Notes under the pieces: generated by a model
What the model was told of the DNA's origin: nothing
Database searches by the model: none
Seen by the model: only the letters and a program-made list of their open reading frames with translations
NCBI GenBank assembly: GCA_948471525.1
Contig: CAOKSY010000001.1
Span: 243,465 to 307,464, forward strand
Reading direction: 5' to 3'
Origin: an uncultured Clostridia bacterium
GTDB lineage: Bacteria > Bacillota > Clostridia > Christensenellales > UBA3700
DNA: 64,000 nucleotides
Shown here: positions 56,253 to 64,000 of the stretch, in pieces
How positions within the stretch are numbered: the first letter of the stretch is position 1
Layout: every line of letters begins with the position of its first letter
Position numbers and translations under genes: made by a program

Positions 56253-57606
56253 AAAAGATCAGATCACGCTTGCGGGAGCGCAGGCTTTGGAAAGAGCGGA
56301 CAAAATTTTCGTAAAGACCGCTCTTACCGATACATACGAATATTTCGACGAGAAAGGCATACCCAACGTATGCCTCGATTTCATTTACGACACTTCGGAA
56401 AATTTCGACGATCTCGACGATAGAATAGCCGAGTATCTTATTGCGCAAGACGGCGGCAATATTGTCTATTGCGTAAACGGCAGCGGCTACGACGACAGAT
56501 CTGTCATAGTGCTCGGGCAGAGGACGGAAACGACGATAATCCCCTCCGTATCTGCGGGAATAAACGGCGGCAGACCCAGCGTCGGCGCAGTGACCGTGAG
56601 CGCGTATGAACTCGTCAATATGGCAGGTTTTAACTACGACACGAGGCTTACGCTCGCGGTGATTGATGTGGACAATGAGTATATAGCCGCGGAAGTCAAA
56701 CTTGTGTTGATGAACATTCTCGGCGACGAAGAGGAGATACTTTTCAACGGCAGTTCCATACCGGTATACGAATTGGACAGACAGAGGGGTTACGGTCATT
56801 CCGCAACTGTATTCGTACCTGCCAAAGAACTTACGGCAAAGAAGAGATTTAATTTCTTTGATCTCTATTGCATAATGAAGATTTTGCGCGGAGACAACGG
56901 CTGTCAGTGGGACAGAGCGCAGACGCATTCGAGTATCAGACAAAACGTGATAGAAGAGGCGTACGAGCTTGCCGAAGCCATAGACAACGACGATATTGAC
57001 AATATCATCGAAGAGAGCGGAGACATAATGTTGCAGAGCGTTTTTCACGGCGTGATAGGCGAGGATACGGGAGAGTTCAACGTAGAGGACGTGCTGAGCG
57101 CTATCTGCAGAAAACTTATAGACAGACATACGCATATATTCGGCGACGTAGTGGCGAACACTCCCGAAGAGGCGCTCAAAGCGTGGGACAGCGCCAAAGC
57201 CAAAGAAAAGAACTATACTTCCGCAAGCGGCAAAATGGACAAGATAGCCAAGGCCCTGCCCGCGCTTATGAGAGCTTATAAAGTGCAGAAGGCGGCGGGC
57301 AAAGAGGGATTTGAGTTTGACGAATTCGATCAGGTCATGGCGAAAATAGAAGAAGAGATAGCCGAGTTTAAAGCCGCGAATAACGCCGTCGAGTATGAGG
57401 ACGAAGGCGGAGATATACTGTTTGCGGCGGTCAACGCGCTGAGATGGAAAAAGATCGATCCCGAGATCGCTCTTTCCAAAGCGACGGAGAAGTTTGTCAA
57501 AAGATTCAGATATGTGGAAAAGAAGTGCGACGGCGATATGAAGAACAAGAGTCTCGACGAATTGACGGCACTTTGGCAGGAGGCGAAAGTTGAGACAAAA
57601 GATTGA
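56224..57606 (+). CDS. mazG: YabN-like tetrapyrrole-methylase-domain / MazG nucleotide pyrophosphohydrolase fusion
   Basis: 460 aa. Methylase-like N-terminus and tandem MazG repeats (EEAYELAEAI, EEIAEFKAA). Confidence 0.85.
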   Translation: MITVVALGCEKDQITLAGAQALERADKIFVKTALTDTYEYFDEKGIPNVCLDFIYDTSENFDDLDDRIAEYLIAQDGGNIVYCVNGSGYDDRSVIVLGQRTETTIIPSVSAGINGGRPSVGAVTVSAYELVNMAGFNYDTRLTLAVIDVDNEYIAAEVKLVLMNILGDEEEILFNGSSIPVYELDRQRGYGHSATVFVPAKELTAKKRFNFFDLYCIMKILRGDNGCQWDRAQTHSSIRQNVIEEAYELAEAIDNDDIDNIIEESGDIMLQSVFHGVIGEDTGEFNVEDVLSAICRKLIDRHTHIFGDVVANTPEEALKAWDSAKAKEKNYTSASGKMDKIAKALPALMRAYKVQKAAGKEGFEFDEFDQVMAKIEEEIAEFKAANNAVEYEDEGGDILFAAVNALRWKKIDPEIALSKATEKFVKRFRYVEKKCDGDMKNKSLDELTALWQEAKVETKD

Positions 57607-58513
57607 TTTCTCGGCGGTAGCGTTCGCGCCGGTCGCGGGATATAGCGACGTGGGATTGAGAAGAGTGTGCGCCAAGCGCGGAGCGGATATCACTTATACG
57701 GAGATGATCTCCGCCAAAGGACTCGTTTACGGAAGCGATAAGACGGAAGATCTGTTGCATACCACCGACTACGAAAGAATAAAGTGCGTGCAGATATTCG
57801 GTAGCGAGCCGTATTTTATATCAAAAGCCGCAGAGCACAGAGCGCTGGAAAAGTTTGACTTAATAGATATCAATATGGGCTGTCCCGTGCCCAAGATCGT
57901 CAAAAACGGCGAGGGCAGCGCGCTTATGGAAAACGTAAGTCTTGCAACGGAAGTAGTCAAGGCGGCGAAGAGCGGCGGCAGACCTGTGAGCGTAAAATTC
58001 AGGATCGGAGTGACGGCGGACAAGATAATCGCGGTCGACTTCGCCAAAGCTATGCAGGACGCGGGAGCGGACGCTATCGCGGTGCACGGACGCACACGCG
58101 AGCAGATGTACTCCGGCAAAGCCGATTGGCAGACGATAGCCGAGGTCAAGAAAGCCGTCGATATACCCGTGCTGGCAAACGGAGATATAGTAGACGCAAA
58201 GAGTTATAAAGAGGCGATGCAGATCACGGGATGCGACGGGGCAATGATAGCCAGAGGCGCTCTGGGCAATCCCAAGATTTTCAGTGAAATAAAGGGCTTG
58301 AGCGTCGAGGGTTATTCGCTAAAAGAAGATATACTTTTGCATCTTCAAACGATGCTTGAGTTCCACAGCGAGGCTTACGCGGCGGCGAATTTCAAAAAGC
58401 ATCTCGCATACTATTGCAGAGGTATGAGAGGGCAGAAAGAGATCAAACTCAAAGCGTTTGCAAGCAAGAGTATCGAGGATATAAAGGAGATTGTGGACGA
58501 GTATTTCGATTGA
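57590..58513 (+). CDS. dusB: tRNA-dihydrouridine synthase
   Basis: 307 aa. APVAGYSDVGLRRVC, DINMGCPVPKIVKNGEGSAL. Confidence 0.88.
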   Translation: MRQKIDFSAVAFAPVAGYSDVGLRRVCAKRGADITYTEMISAKGLVYGSDKTEDLLHTTDYERIKCVQIFGSEPYFISKAAEHRALEKFDLIDINMGCPVPKIVKNGEGSALMENVSLATEVVKAAKSGGRPVSVKFRIGVTADKIIAVDFAKAMQDAGADAIAVHGRTREQMYSGKADWQTIAEVKKAVDIPVLANGDIVDAKSYKEAMQITGCDGAMIARGALGNPKIFSEIKGLSVEGYSLKEDILLHLQTMLEFHSEAYAAANFKKHLAYYCRGMRGQKEIKLKAFASKSIEDIKEIVDEYFD

Positions 58514-58539
58514 GGAAAACGCGTTCGTCGGAGGAAAAA

Positions 58540-59088
58540 ATGATAAACGTAGTATTGGTAAATCCCGAGATACCCAACAATACGGGAAATATAGTGCGCA
58601 CCTGCGCGGCGACGGGCGCGAAATTACATATTATCGAGCCGTGCGGATTCAGCTGGGAAGACAAATATCTCAAGCGCAGCGGTTTGGATTATTGGGAGAT
58701 ATCCGACGTCAACCGCTATGAGAGCATGCAGGCTTTTTTGGCGGCGAATTTCAAGGACGACGCCGATATTGACGGCAATATCGCGCAGGCGGTCCTCAAG
58801 ACGAAACTCAAGTCGGGAGCGCAGTTTTTCTTTGCGTCTACAAAGTCAGATCACAACCATACCGACGTCGAGTATAAAGAGGACTGTTGGGTATTCTTCG
58901 GCAGGGAGACGAGAGGGCTTGACGAGGAACTGTTGCGCGACAATTATAGCGACTGCATACGTATCCCCATGCGCGCGGAGGCGCGTTCGCTCAATCTCGC
59001 CAACAGCGTTGCGATAATCGTCTACGAGTATCACCGTCAGATGGATTACGTCGGACTTAAAGAAGAGGGAAATTTGACAAAGTATTGA
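58540..59088 (+). CDS. trmL: tRNA (cytidine/uridine-2'-O-)-methyltransferase TrmL (SpoU family)
   Basis: Start at ATG 58540 (GGAGGAAAAA upstream). NVVLVNPEIPNNTGNIVRTCAATG, SLNLANSVAIIVYE. Confidence 0.85.
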   Translation: MINVVLVNPEIPNNTGNIVRTCAATGAKLHIIEPCGFSWEDKYLKRSGLDYWEISDVNRYESMQAFLAANFKDDADIDGNIAQAVLKTKLKSGAQFFFASTKSDHNHTDVEYKEDCWVFFGRETRGLDEELLRDNYSDCIRIPMRAEARSLNLANSVAIIVYEYHRQMDYVGLKEEGNLTKY

Positions 59089-59091
59089 TAC

Positions 59092-59121
59092 AAAAACCGC
59101 CTTACGTCGAGGCGGTTTTTG
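59092..59121. terminator. Bidirectional terminator (trmL / radC convergent)
   Basis: AAAAACCGCC-ttacgtcga-GGCGGTTTTT. Confidence 0.7.
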
Positions 59122-59132
59122 TATATTACTGT

Positions 59133-59918
59133 CTATCTGAAGGAATTGTTTTTGAAATGATGTATCTTCATAGAATACTTGTCGGACGCATTGACTACCG
59201 AAGATAAATACTGTCGGAATGCGCCTGCATATCTTTCGAGATCGTCGTTTTCTCTAAAAGAGTAGTAACCTTCGTCTGCGATCACCAAATGGTCTATCAA
59301 AGATACCGTCAGCACTTCGCATAGTGAGACCAGCCATTTTGTAAAATCGTAATCGGATAGGGAAGGCGTCGGATCGCCCGACGGATGATTGTGCGCGAGG
59401 ATCACGTTGTTGCCGTTGGCGAAAGCTGTGCGCAATATAAATTCCTTTATATCGAGTTTACAGCTGTTGATATCTCCGTTGCCTACTTTGCAGATTTCGA
59501 GAAGTTTTCCTTTAGCGTTTACTATCGCCATATAGATCACTTCTTCTTTTTCGTCAAAGAAGAGTTCTCTGAAATAATTCGCCGTATTGCCGGTGGTGTC
59601 GAGACAGGGTTTTTCTCCTAGTTTTTGCAGAGAATATCTCTTGAAAAGCTGAGGCATCGAAGTTATATACAGAGCCGCGGTCTCAGTCATATTTTTGACG
59701 TCCTGCAGGAGTTTGGGAGACGTCTCGAATACGTTTTGGAGAGAACCGAAACGGTCGATAAGTTCGTGGGCGATAGGGTTGGTATCTTTCATAGGTATGT
59801 ACGGATACAGCAGAAATTCCAATATCTCGTGTTCGGGCATATGCGCCATACCTTCTATCCGTATCCTCTGCCTCATTCTTTCGCGGTGGTTTGCGTGAGG
59901 ATTGTCTTTCGGGGGCAT
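59133..59918 (-). CDS. radC: RadC-like JAB/MPN domain protein
   Basis: 261 aa. JAMM motif ILAHNHPSGDPTPSLSD. Confidence 0.85.
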   Translation of the reverse strand: MPPKDNPHANHRERMRQRIRIEGMAHMPEHEILEFLLYPYIPMKDTNPIAHELIDRFGSLQNVFETSPKLLQDVKNMTETAALYITSMPQLFKRYSLQKLGEKPCLDTTGNTANYFRELFFDEKEEVIYMAIVNAKGKLLEICKVGNGDINSCKLDIKEFILRTAFANGNNVILAHNHPSGDPTPSLSDYDFTKWLVSLCEVLTVSLIDHLVIADEGYYSFRENDDLERYAGAFRQYLSSVVNASDKYSMKIHHFKNNSFR

Positions 59919-59939
59919 CTTTTGTAAGTTCCTTGTGTT

Positions 59940-60830
59940 TTATTGTTGCTGAGCGTCTCCGCTCGGCGCGGGAGCCGGTTCGTATTCGTTGAAAGGAATA
60001 TTGTTGTTTTTCAAAAATTCCGTTACGACTTGCGCGGGTAGTGCGCAACTGAGTCCGTATATTTCGTCTTTAAAGTCCGGGCTAGCCGTTGTAATGCGCG
60101 CAAAAATAAGACCGACTACGTTGCTTTGGCAGTTGATCAACGGTCCGCCGCTGTTGCCGTGATTGGTGTTGCCGTCGAGTATGATCGTATTGTGCTTGTC
60201 TGAAGAACTGAGTTTGAACGCAGGGGAACCTACTGAAAGTTCCGTAAAGATAAGCCCCATATTGTTGGGATTGCCTATAGTATACAGCCTGTCTCCGTAA
60301 AACAATTCGTCTTGCGAGTCAAAAGTCACCGGATCGAACGTATTCGGCGCGCCGACTATGGAATCTATAACGGTGTTTTTGATCTTCAGCACCGCTATAT
60401 CGGCGGTAAGACTATAAGTTACCAGTTCTGCGGAATATACGTAATTGTCAGCCGTCACAACTTCGTATTTTTTTACGCTCTGCGGTTTTTCGTCAGGGTT
60501 GTTCGCCGAAGGCAGATCGGTTCCCGTCGACGCAAACTTGACTACGCAGTGTCTATTGGTCACCACGTATCCGTCTTCGCTGATAAAGAAGCCTGTGCCT
60601 GCGCTCGGAAGCGCTTGATTTCTGAAAGTGGAGAGCACTCTTACGCAGGACGCAATATTGTTGTTGGCGACTATGCTTGCCACGCGCGAATCTTCTACTT
60701 GAGAGATGTCGATATAATAGGGAGTGCGTTGCGGCGTTCCCGAATAGAAAAGCGAGCACGCGGTGAGCGCGCAGAGTAGTGTCATTATCAATATCAGGCA
60801 AATTGCCGACGCAGCTATCTTCTTTTTCAT
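59940..60830 (-). CDS. Trypsin-like serine protease lipoprotein (S1 family, no PDZ)
   Basis: Lipobox LCALTAC. His region TNRHCV and Ser region GNSGGPLIN. Confidence 0.8.
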   Translation of the reverse strand: MKKKIAASAICLILIMTLLCALTACSLFYSGTPQRTPYYIDISQVEDSRVASIVANNNIASCVRVLSTFRNQALPSAGTGFFISEDGYVVTNRHCVVKFASTGTDLPSANNPDEKPQSVKKYEVVTADNYVYSAELVTYSLTADIAVLKIKNTVIDSIVGAPNTFDPVTFDSQDELFYGDRLYTIGNPNNMGLIFTELSVGSPAFKLSSSDKHNTIILDGNTNHGNSGGPLINCQSNVVGLIFARITTASPDFKDEIYGLSCALPAQVVTEFLKNNNIPFNEYEPAPAPSGDAQQQ

Positions 60831-61676
60831 TTATTTAGTCAAACTCCATTTTACCGTGTGGACGGCGCTTTCTCCCTTTTTCAGTTCTTTGAGAGAAGAC
60901 AGCGTCTCTATCTCAAGCATTATATCGTTGGTATAAGTCTCGACGTTGCAGCAGAAATCCGCATACTCGCCTCGCGGAGCGGGATATTCTATACGCAACG
61001 TCATTCCTTTGACTTTGACCTCGATAGGTTGATCTACGTACATGCCCAATTTTATCGGGCGGGCGATATTCTTCTGCGAAAGAGTTACGCAGTCGTTGTC
61101 TATCTGCAGTCTTTCGTCCTTTATATCCGTATAACTCCAAAGCACAAGATTTCTGTTGGGGAGCAATCCCTTGTCTTCTGTGCTGAGCGGGATCTTGGCT
61201 ATCGCGCCCTTTTCCATTACGGACAGCGTCCACAGCGCGATAGGTGGAGTAACGTTTTCTCCGCAGTTGGTAAAGCCGTGTTCGATGATAGCGTTGCCAT
61301 CGTCGCTCATCTTTATTTTTATCGACTTTTTCAAGCCCGTGGTTATTTCTACGGGACTTACGAAAGTCACGCCGTCGTCGGTCTCTTCGACTGCGATGGG
61401 CTCGTTGTCGGGATAGTAAGTATCAATATATTCGGGACTTTTCCACAGTCTGTGTCCGCCGTATATGTGCCAGATACCTTTTCCGACAAGATTTTTCTGA
61501 AGATATTCGTCGTCTTTGTTTATCAGATCGTCTATATCCTCATAGAATATGTTTTCTCCGCCGTCCTCGCCGTAGAATATAATTCTCGGACCAATGTCTA
61601 CGGTGACGAGCATAGTCTTGCCGCCCTTGGATAATTTTGCGCATTTGCCGTACTTTTTATAATTTATGTATTCCAT
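60831..61676 (-). CDS. Hypothetical beta-rich protein
   Basis: 281 aa, abuts the protease gene, no family confidently recognised. Confidence 0.45.
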   Translation of the reverse strand: MEYINYKKYGKCAKLSKGGKTMLVTVDIGPRIIFYGEDGGENIFYEDIDDLINKDDEYLQKNLVGKGIWHIYGGHRLWKSPEYIDTYYPDNEPIAVEETDDGVTFVSPVEITTGLKKSIKIKMSDDGNAIIEHGFTNCGENVTPPIALWTLSVMEKGAIAKIPLSTEDKGLLPNRNLVLWSYTDIKDERLQIDNDCVTLSQKNIARPIKLGMYVDQPIEVKVKGMTLRIEYPAPRGEYADFCCNVETYTNDIMLEIETLSSLKELKKGESAVHTVKWSLTK

Positions 61677-61843
61677 ATGATCACCTCGCTAAATTAAATT
61701 TTATCATATACGCGCGAGAAATTCAATATACTTAGCATAAATTAAACATACTTAAAAGGTAATATATAGATTACAGTGTCAAGATAGTTCCGACAGGCGA
61801 AAAAAACGGGATCTTGCGACCCCGAACGTGAATGAAATTTGCG

Positions 61844-62374
61844 TTACTTGTTATTCTTTGCTTGCTTCTGCGCTTTTTTCTCTTGCTTGGCTTTTTCCTT
61901 CTTGGATTTTTTAACTTGTTTTTTTATAGCTATCGCAACCGAAAGCAGGACAAGTACGAGAGATATTACCGCGACGACGACAGCCACGACGTCGGCGAAT
62001 GAGACTTTTTCCACGTTGACTATCATAAGTACCGACGTGACGAACGTAGTGATTTTCAAAGTCAGCTTCTTTGCCTTTTTGACCCATTTGAGTGTGGTTT
62101 TCTGTATTTTTTCACCTTTGTTAGATCTGGTGCTTATCGCGGTAAAGATCAGGAAAAGCGCTATCTGCAATCCGAGGAAGACGGTGACGATTATATTGAC
62201 GGGAGTCCAACCGTTTTTGACGATCTTATTTGCGTCCAAAGCTATGTATATGGCAAAGGTCGCCAAAGTCCATATCACGGAAAGGATATTCAATTTGGAT
62301 ATCTTTTTGCTTTTTTGTTCCTCTTCCGTCGTCGGAATCTGTTCCTGCGCGGCGTCTTCTTTTAGTTTTTTCAT
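61844..62374 (-). CDS. Hypothetical membrane protein with Lys-rich termini
   Basis: 176 aa, 4 TM, KK-rich N- and C-termini. Confidence 0.45.
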   Translation of the reverse strand: MKKLKEDAAQEQIPTTEEEQKSKKISKLNILSVIWTLATFAIYIALDANKIVKNGWTPVNIIVTVFLGLQIALFLIFTAISTRSNKGEKIQKTTLKWVKKAKKLTLKITTFVTSVLMIVNVEKVSFADVVAVVVAVISLVLVLLSVAIAIKKQVKKSKKEKAKQEKKAQKQAKNNK

Positions 62375-62398
62375 ATTTCCCCGCTTATCCTTTATACG

Positions 62399-63655
62399 TT
62401 AGTTTTTAAAATCGCTGAAATCCAACGTCGCAAAATAGTCCGCGGGAGTTTCCGCTCTTCTGATGAGTTTTACGCTTCCGTCTTCTTGGAGCAAAAGTTC
62501 GGCGGAGCGGAGCTTTCCGTTATAGTTGTATCCCATAGAAAATCCGTGCGCGCCTGCGTCGTGGATATTGACGTAATCGCCTATCTCAATCTCGGGCAAC
62601 ATTCTGTCCACGGCGAATTTATCGTTATTTTCGCACAGACCTCCCGTCACGTCACATTTGTAAGTAAGGGGAGCGTCCTCTTTGCCCAGCACCGTTATAT
62701 GATGGTACGCGCCGTAGATCGCGGGGCGCATAAGATTGGCAGCGCACGCGTCGAGACCGACGTATTCTTTCCAGATATGCTTTTTGTGAATGACTTTTGC
62801 TATAAGCGCGCCGTACGGAGCAAGCATAAATCTTCCCAGCTCTGTGAATATCGCCACGTCGTCCATACCTTGCGGTACAAGTACTTCTTCATAGGCCTTG
62901 CGTACGCCTTCTCCGATGGCGAGAATGTCGTTGCCTTCTTTCTCGGGACGGTACTGTACTCCCACGCCTCCCGAAAGATTTATGAACGCGATATGTATTC
63001 CGAGTTCCGTTTTTAGTTCTACGGCAAGTTCAAAGAGAATCTTGGCAAGAGTGGGATAGTATCCCGTGCCGACGGTATTGCTGGCAAGGAATGCGTGTAT
63101 ACCGAAATGCTTTACCCCATAGTCTCTGAGTTTTGCATAAGCGATTTTGATCTGCTCTTTAGTCATACCGTACTTGGCGTCTTTGGGGGTGTCCATTATC
63201 TCGTTATTGAGCGTAAAGTCGCCGCCGGGATTGTATCTGCAGCACATCGTCTCTTGGAAGGGAGCGATTTCTTTATAATAATCTATATGCGTCAGATCGT
63301 CAAAATTTATTATTACGCCGAGTTTGGCTGCAAGCTCAAAATCTTCTTTGGGGGTAACGTTGGACGAAAACATTATTTCGTGACCCTTGAATCCCACTTT
63401 GTCGCTCATCATCAGTTCCGTCAAAGAAGAGCAGTCTGCGCCCGCGCCTTCCTCTCGGAGTATCTGCAAAATGTGCGGATTTGGCGTAGCCTTGACCGCA
63501 AAATATTCCTTAAATCCTTTGTTCCAAGAAAAAGCTTTTTTCAGCAGTCTCGCATTTTCTCTTATTCCCTTCTCGTCGTAAATGTGGAAAGGAGTAGGGT
63601 ATTTCTGCGCAATTTTTTCTATTTGTTCTTTGGTTACGAAAGGTACTTTTTTCAT
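62399..63655 (-). CDS. lysA: Diaminopimelate decarboxylase (fold-type III PLP enzyme)
   Basis: 418 aa. YPTPFHIYDEKGIRENA, FAVKATPNP (PLP lysine), LSGGVGV, CENNDKF. Confidence 0.8.
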   Translation of the reverse strand: MKKVPFVTKEQIEKIAQKYPTPFHIYDEKGIRENARLLKKAFSWNKGFKEYFAVKATPNPHILQILREEGAGADCSSLTELMMSDKVGFKGHEIMFSSNVTPKEDFELAAKLGVIINFDDLTHIDYYKEIAPFQETMCCRYNPGGDFTLNNEIMDTPKDAKYGMTKEQIKIAYAKLRDYGVKHFGIHAFLASNTVGTGYYPTLAKILFELAVELKTELGIHIAFINLSGGVGVQYRPEKEGNDILAIGEGVRKAYEEVLVPQGMDDVAIFTELGRFMLAPYGALIAKVIHKKHIWKEYVGLDACAANLMRPAIYGAYHHITVLGKEDAPLTYKCDVTGGLCENNDKFAVDRMLPEIEIGDYVNIHDAGAHGFSMGYNYNGKLRSAELLLQEDGSVKLIRRAETPADYFATLDFSDFKN

Positions 63656-63686
63656 CTATTTATTCTCCGTAGAATTTTATAATATG

Positions 63687-63715
63687 AGTATATATCCCGC
63701 ACGCGAGTTTGTCAA
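63687..63715 (-). promoter_or_regulatory. Sigma-A-type promoter of lysA (TTGACA-17-TATACT)
   Basis: On the minus strand, -35 at 63715-63710 and -10 at 63692-63687. Short leader with a GGAG RBS. Confidence 0.55.
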
Positions 63716-64000
63716 CCGATTATATGTCATCTAGAGTATAGTCGAGATCCCGTCCAATATATTCCGTCGTCTCGAACGAAGTGGAGCGGTCTAATTTATC
63801 GTCATTTCGACCAACATGGAGAAATCTCAACCTATTAAAATAAACTAAAAAAAGCATATTTCTTATCATAACCCTTATTTATCTCACCTAAAATTATGTA
63901 AAATTAAAAACAAAAATGTCGACATATCTCGATAATTTCCAAGAAATGTATAGTTTTCCTGACCCAAGGAATTTATACAAAATACGTAGTTTTTAACGAT

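Noticed and set aside
56206-57693. 495-aa minus-strand ORF
   Set aside because: It is antisense to the yabN/mazG gene and to the ends of its neighbours, and has no recognisable domains. Similar shadow ORFs at 14653-15504, 21683-22408, 60858-61634 and 32699-33496 were rejected for the same reason.
63656-63840. Possible lysine riboswitch (L-box) upstream of lysA
   Set aside because: A TTGACA-17-TATACT promoter lies only ~30 nt upstream of the ATG. That leaves a leader too short for an L-box, and I saw no L-box core sequences.

Overview
This 64-kb window is the replication-origin region of a low-G+C, endospore-forming Firmicutes (Clostridia-like) chromosome. The left end (1-10.1 kb, minus strand) is a cell-wall glycopolymer or capsule operon. 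It holds a Wzx-like flippase fragment, an SDR plus IspD/TarI-like cytidylyltransferase, a Wzy-like polymerase, two GT2 genes, LicD, a class IV aminotransferase, a priming sugar-phosphate transferase and an unusual aldolase/PLP-decarboxylase fusion. The middle carries housekeeping and origin genes in a non-canonical arrangement with no parA. These include an SNF2 helicase, ftsH, yyaC, cvpA and glucokinase. gyrA-gyrB-GNAT-recF lie on minus. dnaA-dnaN lie on plus, separated by an oriC-like spacer with DnaA boxes and an A+T-rich tract. parB-rsmG-mnmG are on minus, mnmE on plus, and jag-yidC-yidD-rnpA-rpmH on minus. The most unusual element is a ~1.9-kb interval (about 43,280-45,170) with no credible ORF on either strand. 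It carries a cluster of ParB-type parS sites: one 15/16 match, two 14/16 matches, and one with perfect half-sites split by 7 bp. It also has two perfect DnaA boxes, A+T-rich tracts, strong hairpins and recurring 8-mers. It sits where gene orientation flips from mostly minus to mostly plus. I read it as a displaced origin/centromere-type region, but a long structured RNA cannot be excluded. To its right lie an untracked 48-aa Cys-rich ORF, yabP-yabQ and tRNA-Leu(CAG). A small A+T-rich accessory patch follows, with an XRE switch, two unknown proteins and a chimeric Gp37-like/FtsX-like ORF. The rest is alpha-galactosidase, birA-bioY with a BirA operator, an LRR protein, spoVT-yabM-yabN, dusB, trmL, radC, a protease lipoprotein and lysA. 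I saw no rRNA, CRISPR array, transposase or integrase. All calls come from reading the sequence and ORF translations; no database search was possible.
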